Shown here in pieces: positions 16,920 through 27,882 of a stretch of DNA of 32,000 nt (its first letter is position 1; each line of letters opens with the position of its first letter). Made by a program: the position numbers and the translations under genes. This DNA comes from Desulfobulbus propionicus DSM 2032 (GTDB taxonomy: Bacteria; Desulfobacterota; Desulfobulbia; Desulfobulbales; Desulfobulbaceae). The stretch spans positions 1-32,000 of the forward strand of contig NC_014972.1 of the NCBI RefSeq assembly GCF_000186885.1, given 5' to 3'. Under the pieces are notes generated by a model. That model was not told the origin of the DNA, searched no databases, and was given only the letters and a program-made list of their open reading frames with translations.

Positions 16920-17981
16920 ATGGACCCTTGCTTCGCCTTGACCTTTTTTCTTCCGGACCGGCGGGTCGACAGCCTGCATCCGCTTGGTCACGGCAACATC
17001 AACGACACCTGGCGGGTGGTGCTGGCTGACGGCACCCGGCTGGTGCTCCAGCGGCTGCGTCCCGAGATCTTTGCCGATCCGGCGGCGGTGATGGCCAATA
17101 TGCGGCTGGTGACCGAACACCTCGGCCGCCTCCCCGAACACGGTAACGCCTTTTTCCGCCTGGTCGCCAATCCCCAGGGCCTGGACTATCTGCTGGATGC
17201 ATCGGGGTGCTGCTGGCGGCTGCTGACCCATATCGACCACACCCGGACCCTGGCCCGCCTGAACACGACCACCCAAGCCCGCGAGATCGGAACGCTGCTC
17301 GGGCGCTTCCATCTGCTGACCGCAGACCTTGATTGCCGCTCCCTGGCCGATCCCCTGCCGGGCTTTCACTGCACGCCCCGCTATCTCGAACAGTTCGACG
17401 CCGTCAAAGGAGCGGGGCCGCCGGCGAACGACGACGAGGCCTGGTGCTGCGACCTGATCGAACAGCTGCGGCCGCTGGCTGCCGTCCTGGAGGAGGCCAA
17501 ACACAGGTTGAGTCAACGGGTGATCCACGGCGATCCCAAGGCGGCCAATTTTCTCTTCGCCGTGGATGCCGACCGGGCGGTCGGTCTGATCGATTTTGAC
17601 ACTGTCAAGCCGGGGCTGCTGCTGTATGACCTGGGCGACTGCCTCCGCTCCTGTTGCAACCCACTCGGCGAGGCCCATCCTGTCCCGGACGACACGGTCT
17701 TTGATCCGGAGCTGTTCGCGGCCTTGATGGACGGGTACCTGGGCCAGGCCGGCCACCTGCTGTCACCCGCCGACCGGGAGCTGCTGGTTACCTCGGCAGC
17801 GGTGATCAGCTTTGAGCTCGGCGTGCGGTTCTTCACCGACCATCTCGACGGCGACCGGTATTTCAAGGTCAGCCAGCCGGGGCAGAACCTGCATCGGGCC
17901 CTGATCCAGTTGCACCTCAATCGATCCATCCGCGCGCAGCAGCAGACGCTGGAGCGGCTGCTGGCCGCCCTCCTGGCCTGA
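16920..17981 (+). CDS. Aminoglycoside phosphotransferase / homoserine kinase-type kinase
   Basis: GHGNINDTWRVVLADGTRLVLQRL; VIHGDPKAANFLF Brenner motif; VGLIDFDTVKPGLLLYDLGDCLRS. Confidence 0.87.
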   Translation: MDPCFALTFFLPDRRVDSLHPLGHGNINDTWRVVLADGTRLVLQRLRPEIFADPAAVMANMRLVTEHLGRLPEHGNAFFRLVANPQGLDYLLDASGCCWRLLTHIDHTRTLARLNTTTQAREIGTLLGRFHLLTADLDCRSLADPLPGFHCTPRYLEQFDAVKGAGPPANDDEAWCCDLIEQLRPLAAVLEEAKHRLSQRVIHGDPKAANFLFAVDADRAVGLIDFDTVKPGLLLYDLGDCLRSCCNPLGEAHPVPDDTVFDPELFAALMDGYLGQAGHLLSPADRELLVTSAAVISFELGVRFFTDHLDGDRYFKVSQPGQNLHRALIQLHLNRSIRAQQQTLERLLAALLA

Positions 17982-18148
17982 AAACAGGCGCAACCACGCC
18001 ATGTTTGCGCTTCTGTTCCATAGACCATCCTTGCAATTGTCAGCCGGGCGGTTTATAGCTGTGCCCACGCCGCTTGTGCCGTGTGGCGCGAAACGCGGTC
18101 ACCGGAACGGATCCCGCCGTCCGGTTCTTTTTTCCCAACGAGGACAGC

Positions 18149-19721
<1,573 letters not shown>

Positions 19722-19736
19722 CTGGAGGATTCTTTG

Positions 19737-20078
19737 ATGACCGGAGTTGCCTGGGCCGCTGACGCTGCAGCGGCGCCCACGGGATTGGCCAGCGTTGCCC
19801 AATTTGTCCCGCTGATTCTCATTTTCATCGTTTTTTACTTTCTTCTCATCCGGCCGCAGCAGAAAAAGGCCAAGGAACACCAAAACTACCTGGCCAACCT
19901 GAAGAAGGGCGATAAGGTCATCACCGGCGGCGGCATTCATGGCCAGATCGTCGGCCTGACCGACACCGTGGCCACTCTGGAGATCGCCGAGAACGTGCGC
20001 ATCAAGGTCAACCGCGCCGCCATTGCCGGTTCGGCCGCCGACGCGGACAAGCCGGCTCCGGCCAAGGCTGGTGGCTGA
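19737..20078 (+). CDS. yajC: Preprotein translocase subunit YajC
   Basis: LILIFIVFYFLLIRPQQKKAKEHQNYLANLKKGDKVITGGGIHGQI; TGGAGGA ribosome site. Confidence 0.95.
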   Translation: MTGVAWAADAAAAPTGLASVAQFVPLILIFIVFYFLLIRPQQKKAKEHQNYLANLKKGDKVITGGGIHGQIVGLTDTVATLEIAENVRIKVNRAAIAGSAADADKPAPAKAGG

Positions 20079-20215
20079 GGGCTCAAGGGCTGCAGCTGAT
20101 TTTCATCGTGCATGAAAAAAACTGAACCAGCGCTCGCGCTTTCCTGAACATTCGCCTCGCCCAGAACGCGCGCTTGTTTCCTGTTCCGCAAGGCACGGGT
20201 GAGCAAAACCAACCG

Positions 20216-20253
20216 GCCGCACAGCTGATTCGTTCAGCCGTGCGGCTTTTTTT
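20216..20253 (+). terminator. Rho-independent terminator after tgt-yajC
   Basis: GCCGCACAGCTGA-TTCGT-TCAGCCGTGCGGC (13-bp stem, one mismatch) followed by TTTTTTT. Confidence 0.9.
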
Positions 20254-20266
20254 GTCTCGGTGATCT

Positions 20267-21052
20267 GTGGTGGAACAATTGGTGTTCAGCGGTCATACCG
20301 GCCACCATCCGGTGCGTGTCAGCGATGCGGGCACGCTACGCACCCTTCGCTTCGGCACCGAGGAACGGCAAAGCTGCATCGATCTGCGCAACCCGCACAT
20401 CCTGCAACTCGCCTATACCCGGTGGATGAGCACCGCCCTGCTGCTTCCCCCCCGTTTGGACAAATTTCTTGTCCTCGGCCTGGGCGGCGGCGCCCTGCCG
20501 CATTTCCTTCTCCACCATCACCCGCAATCCTCGATCGACGTGGTGGAAAAGGAACGGCTGGTGATCGAGGTGGCCTACGGCTATTTCCGCCTTCCACTCC
20601 ACCCGGGGGTGCGCATGATTCCCCAGGATGCCCTATCCTTTCTCCGTACCCCCTCTTCCTGCGGATACGACGTCGCCTTCCTCGACATCTTCGGACCAGG
20701 AACCATGGCCCCGGCGCTGTTCGATCCGGAACTGTACCGACGGCTCCTCGAGCGGCTCCATCCGGAGGGTGTTTTGGCGATCAACCTGTGGAGCGGCGAC
20801 AAACCCTTGTACCAGCAGGCGATGGAGGCTGCGTATCGGGCCAGCGACGGTCGGTTGGTGCAGATGCAGGTCAAAAGGCGGAGCAACGTGATTGTGCTGC
20901 TTTTTCCCGAGGAGATCCCGCACAGGGCGATCAAGAAGGCGCGGAAACACAGCGTGGAGCACCAGCAACGCTATGATCTCGATTTCCCCCAATATCTCAA
21001 GCGGCTGTGCCGCGCCAACCGCTTCTCATTGCTGGCCTCCCTGCTTCGTTGA
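20267..21052 (+). CDS. Spermidine synthase-like SAM-dependent methyltransferase-fold protein
   Basis: FLVLGLGGGALPHFLLHHHPQSSIDVVEKE; GYDVAFLDIFGP; GTG start shortly after the terminator. Confidence 0.78.
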   Translation: MVEQLVFSGHTGHHPVRVSDAGTLRTLRFGTEERQSCIDLRNPHILQLAYTRWMSTALLLPPRLDKFLVLGLGGGALPHFLLHHHPQSSIDVVEKERLVIEVAYGYFRLPLHPGVRMIPQDALSFLRTPSSCGYDVAFLDIFGPGTMAPALFDPELYRRLLERLHPEGVLAINLWSGDKPLYQQAMEAAYRASDGRLVQMQVKRRSNVIVLLFPEEIPHRAIKKARKHSVEHQQRYDLDFPQYLKRLCRANRFSLLASLLR

Positions 21053-21991
21053 CCCGGCCGCCGGCGTGCGCTGTCCCTGCCATATCCCTCGTTCGACCAT
21101 TCTCTGCTGAAGCCTGGCGCTGAGTGCAGCGGCATGACAGTGCCATCGCGGCGCGACCAACAGGTGGGGATGGGCCGTGGACCAGAGGCGGTGGAGGGTG
21201 AGGGCGGCCGGGATGTGTGGCACAAGGCGGAGCAGTAACTCCAGATAGGCCTCCTGATTCCACACGGGCACCTGCCCCTGTGTGTACAAACGATGCAGGG
21301 GCGTGTCGCGGATGACCTGCAGATGATGCAGCTTCAAATGCTGGAGGGGCAGGGCGCAGACGGTCCGCACCGTGGCCAGCATCTCTGCCTCCGATTCGCC
21401 GGGGATGCCGAGAATGAGATGGGCGCCGATCTCGATGCGCTGAACGGCGTGCAGCCGGTCGACCGCGGCGAGAAAGTCGGCAAAGCAGTGGTTGCGGTTG
21501 AGCAGGCGAAGACTTCTGTCGTGGATCGACTGCACTCCCAGCTCAACCAGGCACGCCTTGCCGGTCTTCTGTATCAGATCCGCAAGAGCCGCCGGCAGGT
21601 CAGCGGCGATGGTATCGGGCCGGGTGGAGAGAATCAGGCCCAGGCAATCGGGATCGGAGAGCATGCGTTGCAGATGGGGGAGGAGGTCGATGGTGGCTAG
21701 GGCGGTGGGGGTTTCTTGCTGAAAATAGGCGAAATAACGTGTGAATCGCCCGGCGAGCAACGAGGCCTTGCCGCGGCTGATCTGCTCGGCGAGCGGATCG
21801 GCGGCCCGCAGGAAGGCGGGGGTAAAACTGGCCGGCTGGCAATACAGACACCCGCCGCGCGCACGGTTGGGGCAAGGGATGCCCAGATCGAGGGGAATTT
21901 TGCCGACCGTCTGGCCGTATCGCTCGCGGCAGTGGACGCTGAAGGTCCGGATACGCGGTCGGTGCATGGCGGGCAAGCGAAGACCGGTCAA
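21026..21991 (-). CDS. YhcC/TIGR01212-like radical SAM protein
   Basis: FNP-like GIPCPNRARGGCLYCQPASFTPAF radical SAM cysteine motif; QQETPTALA; LGVQSIHDRSLRLLNRNH; GAHLILGIPGE. Confidence 0.85.
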   Translation of the reverse strand: MTGLRLPAMHRPRIRTFSVHCRERYGQTVGKIPLDLGIPCPNRARGGCLYCQPASFTPAFLRAADPLAEQISRGKASLLAGRFTRYFAYFQQETPTALATIDLLPHLQRMLSDPDCLGLILSTRPDTIAADLPAALADLIQKTGKACLVELGVQSIHDRSLRLLNRNHCFADFLAAVDRLHAVQRIEIGAHLILGIPGESEAEMLATVRTVCALPLQHLKLHHLQVIRDTPLHRLYTQGQVPVWNQEAYLELLLRLVPHIPAALTLHRLWSTAHPHLLVAPRWHCHAAALSARLQQRMVERGIWQGQRTPAAGSTKQGGQQ

Positions 21992-22021
21992 GGAAACAGG
22001 CGGTTGGCGGATGCGGAGCGC

Positions 22022-22621
22022 TCAGGTTTGCTTGGGCGCTTCTATCACATGGTAATACCGTTCTCCGGCGCAGGCGCGGCAGAGTATCTTGCTGTTGACC
22101 TCCACCTCCCGGCAGTCCTGCACCCAGTCGCCGCACAGCTGGCACTGGACCCGGCGGAGCGGCCTGCCCGGCATGTCGCAGTCGTTGAGCTGGACGCTGA
22201 CCTCCTGGAAAAAGAACAATTCCTCCAGCGGCATGACCTTGTAGGCCTCCAGCTGCCGCTGGTATTTATCCATGATTTCGGGGCAATAGGATTCAGACAG
22301 GGTCCGTGCCTCCTCCCGGGCGGTGGCCCGGATGGCGCGACCGCTTTCCAGGTTGACGAAGGTGGCCGCCATGATGCCGAAATCGAGCCAGCGCAGCGAA
22401 CGCTTGCCAAGACTGCACCCAGTGACCGATTGAATGGCATCGGTGGCGCAGCGGTCGATCTCGACCAGCACGTAGAGCTTCTTCCGGTCCGCGCCCTTGG
22501 GATCGCTGATCCCGATTCGTTCCAGCGCCGCCATGGCCATGCGCACGCCGATCACCTGACCGGCGCAGATGTGGCCGTGAATCCTGGTCGACTCCGCCAG
22601 CAACTGCTCAAATGTCTCCAT
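22022..22621 (-). CDS. FmdE-like protein with C-terminal zinc-finger-type cysteines
   Basis: ESTRIHGHICAGQVIGVRMAMAALERIG; LYVLVEIDRCATDAIQSVTGCSLGKRSLRWLDFG; C-terminal CQLCGD...CRAC. Confidence 0.82.
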   Translation of the reverse strand: METFEQLLAESTRIHGHICAGQVIGVRMAMAALERIGISDPKGADRKKLYVLVEIDRCATDAIQSVTGCSLGKRSLRWLDFGIMAATFVNLESGRAIRATAREEARTLSESYCPEIMDKYQRQLEAYKVMPLEELFFFQEVSVQLNDCDMPGRPLRRVQCQLCGDWVQDCREVEVNSKILCRACAGERYYHVIEAPKQT

Positions 22622-22737
22622 GCTCTCCGCCGCCAATGCCTCTGTGTCCAGAGCCTCGGGTTCGTCTTTCCCACCCGCGGTCACCAACCCGCCTGGGTGA
22701 GCGGTTCCGAGGAACTTACTCCTGCCTATCGGCCCTG

Positions 22738-23811
22738 TCAATCGGCAGTCGCGCGCTGATCCCGGATCACCAGGGGAAGGGGACGGCTGATGGAGTCGAA
22801 CAGCTCCTTGCAGAACCCGCAGTGATCGCAGCGGTTGTCGCATTGGGAGAGCATGTTGGCGAAGTCAAAGGAGAGCATGCGGTTGTCGACGTAGAGGCGG
22901 TTCGCCAGCCAGGAGAGGGCGTCCATCAAGTCGAGCAGGTTGCCCTCATAACGGCGGGCACGGTAGGCGCTGATGGCGTTGATCAGAAAATCGGCTCCCA
23001 GGGTGCGACCGCAGAGTTTGATCGTATCCACATGGAACAGGTAGAGGTCGAGATCCTCCGGGCGGATGAAGGGCGACTGCAACAGCCGGTGGGGCTGCTC
23101 GTCCAGCAGTCGTATGCAGCCGATGTCGCAGTTGATGACATGGGTTTGATTGCGGCCGTCGATGTTGGCCAGGGCGATGTAGGAATCGTGGGAGAGCTTG
23201 AAGGGGCAGTAGGGCAGGCAGCCTTCATTGGCCAATACCTCGATGTTTATCGTCGGGAATTGGTGATGGATCTTCAGGGCGATGGCGGCCAGCTGGTCCA
23301 GGTTGCGGTTGAGGGAACGGTCGAGGATGATCTTGCCGGGCAACTTGAAGCCGGTCTCGCTGATATAGGAGAGCTGTGCCTCGATTTTGTGGCAGGAATC
23401 GAGCATGGTGTTGGCGCTGGGCACCGCCTCCAACTGGGCGGCGATATCCGGGCCTTCGTCGGCCAGCACCTGGAGCAGGTAGTGATCGCAGTAGACGATT
23501 CCGTCGATGACCCCTCGCTGCAGGCAGTGTTCCAACACGCGAAGGACGGGTTGGATGGTGGTGTGATCGGTGAGCAGTTCCGGGGTGTAGAAACGGCTGT
23601 TGAGCAGGGCGTATTTTTTCGGGCCCCGCAGGCGCGCCAGTCCGGAAAGGGTGTCTTCCTGGGCGGAAAGCGGCTCGATGCGGATGCGGCTGTCAAGGGC
23701 GCGGCCGTGCACCAGGCTGAAATGAACGCTGTCCAGATCTTTCGCGCAGGAACCGAGAAAATCGATATACCTTTCCTCGGGGAGGAAAGGGACATTAAGA
23801 AAAGGTTTCAT
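22738..23811 (-). CDS. Peptidase U32-related protein with extra cysteine cluster
   Basis: VLANEGCLPYCPFKLSHD (U32-like cysteine motif); C-terminal CDNRCDHCGFCKELF; adjacent to a canonical U32 gene. Confidence 0.6.
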   Translation of the reverse strand: MKPFLNVPFLPEERYIDFLGSCAKDLDSVHFSLVHGRALDSRIRIEPLSAQEDTLSGLARLRGPKKYALLNSRFYTPELLTDHTTIQPVLRVLEHCLQRGVIDGIVYCDHYLLQVLADEGPDIAAQLEAVPSANTMLDSCHKIEAQLSYISETGFKLPGKIILDRSLNRNLDQLAAIALKIHHQFPTINIEVLANEGCLPYCPFKLSHDSYIALANIDGRNQTHVINCDIGCIRLLDEQPHRLLQSPFIRPEDLDLYLFHVDTIKLCGRTLGADFLINAISAYRARRYEGNLLDLMDALSWLANRLYVDNRMLSFDFANMLSQCDNRCDHCGFCKELFDSISRPLPLVIRDQRATAD

Positions 23812-23817
23812 GACTAC

Positions 23818-25080
23818 TCATAGATGTTTGCGCAACAGCGCGTGCGGTTCAACGTGGCGGAGGGGCGGGTCGGTCCGGACCACCACCAGGTTTCCGGGAT
23901 TAGCCCGGCTCATTGGCGTGCCGTCTTCCAGGTGCATGGCGCTGACCGTCACCGTGTCCGGTTCGATGCTTGGCCCCAGGTACTCGATGTGGTCGCCACA
24001 GTTGAGCACATGCCGGGTTTCGATCAGCAGCGGCTCCACCGCGCGGACGATGCCCACCGGCACGAATTTTTGCTCAAACCTCATTCTATCATACAACATG
24101 TCCGCGGATGAAGGCCTGGCACGGAAAAAGTTTTCTGTCTGGCCACGGGTGCCGATCTTGCTTAATTCGTTATCAAAAGCTTCGGGCAGGGTAAGGCTAA
24201 CCGCTGGTTGACCTGAAAGAAGCTGCTCCCGGATCCACTCCAGGGCCAGACGGTAGAGACGGACTACCGCTCCCACATAGCCGACGGATTTCATCCGCCC
24301 CTCGATCTTGATCGCATCCACGCCGGCATCGACCAGGGACGGTAGATGGTGAAGCAGGCAGAGGTCACGGGAGTTGAAAATATAGGTGCCCCGCTCATCC
24401 TCTTCCACTGGAAAATAGTGTCCCGGACGTTTTTCTTCAACCACAGCGTAGGAGTAACGGCAGGGATGGGCACAGTCACCCAGGTTAGCGTTGCGGCCGG
24501 TGAAGTAGTTGCTCAACATGCAGCGGCCGGAGTAGGAAATGCACAGGGCGCCGTGGACGAACACCTCCAGCTCGACGCCGGTGGCGGCGCGGATGGCGCG
24601 AATCTCCTCGAGGCCGAGTTCACGGGCCAGGTTGAGCCGGCACACCCCCTGCTCGGCCCAAAAGCGGGCGCTGGCCCTGTTGGTGACGTTGGCCTGAGTG
24701 GAGAGATGCAGGGGCAGGTCCGGGACAATCCGTCGGGCTAGGGCAAGAATGCCGGGATCGCTGACGATCAGGCCGTCGGCCTGGAGGTCGCGGAGCATGC
24801 GCAGATAGGGCTCCAACCCCTCAAGGTCGCGGTTGTGGGCAAAGATGTTGACCGTGACATAGACCTTGACCCCGTGCGCGTGGGCGTAGGCAACGGCCTG
24901 GCGCAGACCGTCTTCGTCGAAATTGCCGGCCCGGGCACGGAGGCTGAAGGTCTTGCCGCCGAGATACACGGCGTCGGCGCCGTAATGGACGGCGGTCACC
25001 AGTTTGTCAAAGCTGCCGGCCGGCGCCAGGAGTTCGGGCAGCCGGGGGCCACGGTCCGTGGCTGGAGGGAAAGGAGGCAT
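23818..25080 (-). CDS. Peptidase U32 family protein (TrhP/RlhA-like)
   Basis: PELLAPAGSFDKLVTAVHYGADAVYLGG; VFVHGALCISYSGRCMLSNYFTGRNANLGDCAHPCRYSY; YIFNSRDLCLLHHLPSLVDAGVDAIKIEGRMKS. Confidence 0.93.
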   Translation of the reverse strand: MPPFPPATDRGPRLPELLAPAGSFDKLVTAVHYGADAVYLGGKTFSLRARAGNFDEDGLRQAVAYAHAHGVKVYVTVNIFAHNRDLEGLEPYLRMLRDLQADGLIVSDPGILALARRIVPDLPLHLSTQANVTNRASARFWAEQGVCRLNLARELGLEEIRAIRAATGVELEVFVHGALCISYSGRCMLSNYFTGRNANLGDCAHPCRYSYAVVEEKRPGHYFPVEEDERGTYIFNSRDLCLLHHLPSLVDAGVDAIKIEGRMKSVGYVGAVVRLYRLALEWIREQLLSGQPAVSLTLPEAFDNELSKIGTRGQTENFFRARPSSADMLYDRMRFEQKFVPVGIVRAVEPLLIETRHVLNCGDHIEYLGPSIEPDTVTVSAMHLEDGTPMSRANPGNLVVVRTDPPLRHVEPHALLRKHL

Positions 25081-25399
25081 GGGCGTCTTGAGAGGTACGG
25101 GAAAACCGGAATGGGATCAAAAGGAACGAGAGAATGAAGGAGCGAAAACGTGCATGGGGTTTTAAAGAAGATGATGGCGGCCGTCAAGCCAAAGCAAGCG
25201 AATCAGGCGGTATCGACCAAAGCGGCAGGCAACGGCCCGCCGTTTTGGTCGTTCAACGCTTCTTGTCCCTCATCGATCACGGAACGGACGGCGAGATAGT
25301 GCTTGCCCGGGCGCTTTGCCTCATTTACATTGAATAACCATATGTTGAACAGCATTCCGGTCTGAAGTGTATTCGCCTTTTCCAGGCAAGGAGCAGTGT

Positions 25400-25696
25400 A
25401 TGCTGAAAAAAAGTTATTCCAAAACCGGCGCGGCCTGTCGCGTCACCTTTAAATACGAAAACGAGGAGCAGGCGGAAACCGCCGTCCTGGCCGGCGACTT
25501 CAACGATTGGTCGCTTCAGGCGACCCCGATGAAAAAACTCAAGGATGGCAGTTTTTCCGCCACTCTTTCCCTGCCGGCCGGGCAGAACTATCGCTTTCGG
25601 TATGTGCTCGACGGCGGAGTGTGGGTCAACGACACGGCGGCCGACGGTTATGCCCCCAACGAGTTCGGCGAGGCCAACTCGGTGCTGGCCCTCTGA
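25400..25696 (+). CDS. Stand-alone glycogen-binding (CBM48 / isoamylase N-terminal-like) domain protein
   Basis: VTFKYENEEQAETAVLAGDFNDWSLQATPMKKLKDGSFSATLSLPAGQNYRFRYVLDGGVWVNDTAADGYAPNEFGEANSVL. Confidence 0.85.
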   Translation: MLKKSYSKTGAACRVTFKYENEEQAETAVLAGDFNDWSLQATPMKKLKDGSFSATLSLPAGQNYRFRYVLDGGVWVNDTAADGYAPNEFGEANSVLAL

Positions 25697-25730
25697 GCCG
25701 ACCGCCGCCGACCCACTGAGGCGCGTTGGC

Positions 25731-26285
25731 TTAAAAGCAGTCACCCACCCTGGCCCGATGATACTCGTTTTTCAGGTCCACGTATCGCCGCCATGAAGCC
25801 TGCATTTCCCGCACTTGGGCATCACTGACCTCCCGAACCACCTTGGCCGGGGTACCCATGATCAGGGAGCGCGGCGGGAACTGTTTGCCGGGGGTGACCA
25901 CCGAGCCGGCGCCGACGATCGATTCCCGGCCGATGACCGCGCCGTCAAGAATGATCGCCCCCATGCCGATCAGGCAGAGATCCCCCACCGTGCAGCCATG
26001 GAGAATGGCGCGGTGACCAACGGTGACATCGCAGCCGATGATCGTCGGATGGCCGTCCTGGTCGCTGCGCTCCGCGCCCTCGTGCTGGGTGATGTGGAGC
26101 AGGCTGAGGTCCTGGATGTTGGTCCGCGCGCCGATGCGAATGCGGTGGACGTCGCCACGGACAATGACGCCGAACCACAGGGACACATCCTCGCCCAGCA
26201 CCGCATCGCCGATGAGGGTGGCGTTGGGCGCCACCCAGCCGCCCTTGCCGACCTGCGGTTGATAGTCACGATACGATAAAATCAT
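25731..26285 (-). CDS. Gamma-carbonic anhydrase family protein (hexapeptide repeat)
   Basis: GDAVLGEDVSLWFGVIVRGDVHRIRIGARTNIQDLSLLHI; TVGHRAILHGCTVGDLCLIGMGAIILDGAVIG. Confidence 0.93.
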   Translation of the reverse strand: MILSYRDYQPQVGKGGWVAPNATLIGDAVLGEDVSLWFGVIVRGDVHRIRIGARTNIQDLSLLHITQHEGAERSDQDGHPTIIGCDVTVGHRAILHGCTVGDLCLIGMGAIILDGAVIGRESIVGAGSVVTPGKQFPPRSLIMGTPAKVVREVSDAQVREMQASWRRYVDLKNEYHRARVGDCF

Positions 26286-26487
26286 CTTTCCCTCCTGTTG
26301 TTGAAGTTGCAGCGGCCGTTGTTCCGGCTCCGGCCGATCCCCACGCCTGGGGCAGGCGCGGGAGTCGATGCATCAAAAATAAGGATGGTGTCCTGGCTGC
26401 ACAAGCGCTTGAGGCCGTGTCACCGCCGCTTCCTCCCCTGGACAGCTTCGCCGCTCGCCGCAGGGGTGATCCGCAGATGGCAGAGGT

Positions 26488-27870
26488 TCATTGAAAGCTG
26501 ATTTGCTGGCGGAAAAAATCGCGGAACTCGTCCGGACGGTGGCTGACGTAGAGCATGGTGGCCAGTTCCTCTTCGGCGATACCGGCCAGAAAATCGAGCA
26601 AGGCCAACCGGTTGGATTCGTCCAGTCCTTGGGTGGGTTCGTCGAGAATCAAAAGCCGCGGCACCTTGATCAGGGCTCGGGCAAGCAGGAGCAGACGCTG
26701 CTCGCCGTAGCTCAGACGACGAAAGGGCTGGCCGGCCTTGGACTCCAGGCCGAGCCGCGCCAGCCACCGGCGGCCGAGCTGTTCCTGGGCGCTGTTTGGC
26801 CGGGTGTAGAGACCGATCGAGTCGAACAGCCCCGACACCACGATCGCCAGCGCGCTGCCGGCGATGCGGTGGTTGCGGTGCAGATCGGCACTGACGATCC
26901 CCATCTGCCGCTTGATCTCCCAGATCGACTCGCCGCTGCCCCGCCGCCGGCCGAACAGGGACAGGTCGTTGCTGTAACACAGCGGGTGATCGCCGGTGAT
27001 GATCTGCAACAAGGTGGACTTGCCACAGCCGTTGGGGCCGGTGATCAGGGTATGGTCGCCGCGGTTGATGGTCAGCTCAAGACCGCTGAAGACCTCGATC
27101 TCGCCATAGCGGGCAAAGCCGCGGCGCAGGGTGACCAGATTGTCGCAGCCGTTGCCATCCATCTGCCGCTCGTCGCGCAGTTCCGCCACCGAGACCCGAA
27201 ACAGCGGCGGTTGCCGGCGCAGCAGTTCCCTGACCTCGTCCAGCACCTGTGCGCGAGGCCCCTGGACCACCAGGGCGCCCGCGTGCAACCCGCCGACATG
27301 GGTGCACCAGTCCGGGATGTCGGCGGTGTTGTTGACCAGGAGGAGCAGGCCCATCCCCTGGACGCGCAATCCGGCCAACACCCGGTTCAGCTCCCGGCAG
27401 CTGGCCTGGTCAAGGCCTTCGTAAGGCGTTTCCAGCACCAGGAAGGACACCCCCCGGGTGATCTGCTGCAGCAGGCAGAGCTTGCGCGCCTGGCCGGAAC
27501 TGAGCTGGCGGTAGCCCCGGTCGAGCAGCGCATCCAGGGCAAAAAGCTTGATCAGCTCCCGGTGCGCGTCCACATCGGTGAGGAAGGCGCGGGCCGGGGT
27601 GCCGGGATCGAGGCGGTTGAGGAAGTCGGTGTCGTCCTTGCGCAGTTCTTCCTCGAAGATCGATTGCTGGCCCTTGAACGAGAGCAGACCCAGCTCCGGA
27701 GGCAGGCGTAGGGCTTCGGCCCGGTACGCACGGCTCTCCCCGGCCAGCAGGTCGCACAGCTTCTCCAGGCCCGAAGCGTTGGAGCCAACCAGGCACCAGG
27801 CCTCGCCCGGCCTGGCGCGGAAATGGTCGATGCGCAAGCCCTCGGCCGTCAGGCGATCAATGACCAGCAT
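26488..27870 (-). CDS. ModF-like tandem ABC ATPase with degenerate first nucleotide-binding domain
   Basis: Second domain GPNGCGKSTLLQIITGDHPLCYSNDLSLFGRRRGSGESIWEIKRQMG, LSYGEQRLLLLARAL, LLILDEPTQGLD; first domain LSSGQARK but GSNASGLEK and LVLETP. Confidence 0.85.
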   Translation of the reverse strand: MLVIDRLTAEGLRIDHFRARPGEAWCLVGSNASGLEKLCDLLAGESRAYRAEALRLPPELGLLSFKGQQSIFEEELRKDDTDFLNRLDPGTPARAFLTDVDAHRELIKLFALDALLDRGYRQLSSGQARKLCLLQQITRGVSFLVLETPYEGLDQASCRELNRVLAGLRVQGMGLLLLVNNTADIPDWCTHVGGLHAGALVVQGPRAQVLDEVRELLRRQPPLFRVSVAELRDERQMDGNGCDNLVTLRRGFARYGEIEVFSGLELTINRGDHTLITGPNGCGKSTLLQIITGDHPLCYSNDLSLFGRRRGSGESIWEIKRQMGIVSADLHRNHRIAGSALAIVVSGLFDSIGLYTRPNSAQEQLGRRWLARLGLESKAGQPFRRLSYGEQRLLLLARALIKVPRLLILDEPTQGLDESNRLALLDFLAGIAEEELATMLYVSHRPDEFRDFFRQQISFQ

Positions 27871-27882
27871 GCGGTGGCGCCG

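Noticed and set aside
22612-23823. 403-aa plus-strand ORF opposite the U32-like gene
   Set aside because: The minus-strand product has a U32-type cysteine motif; this translation has shadow-ORF composition.
26491-27711. 406-aa plus-strand ORF opposite the ModF-like gene
   Set aside because: Shadow of a clearly recognisable ABC ATPase gene.
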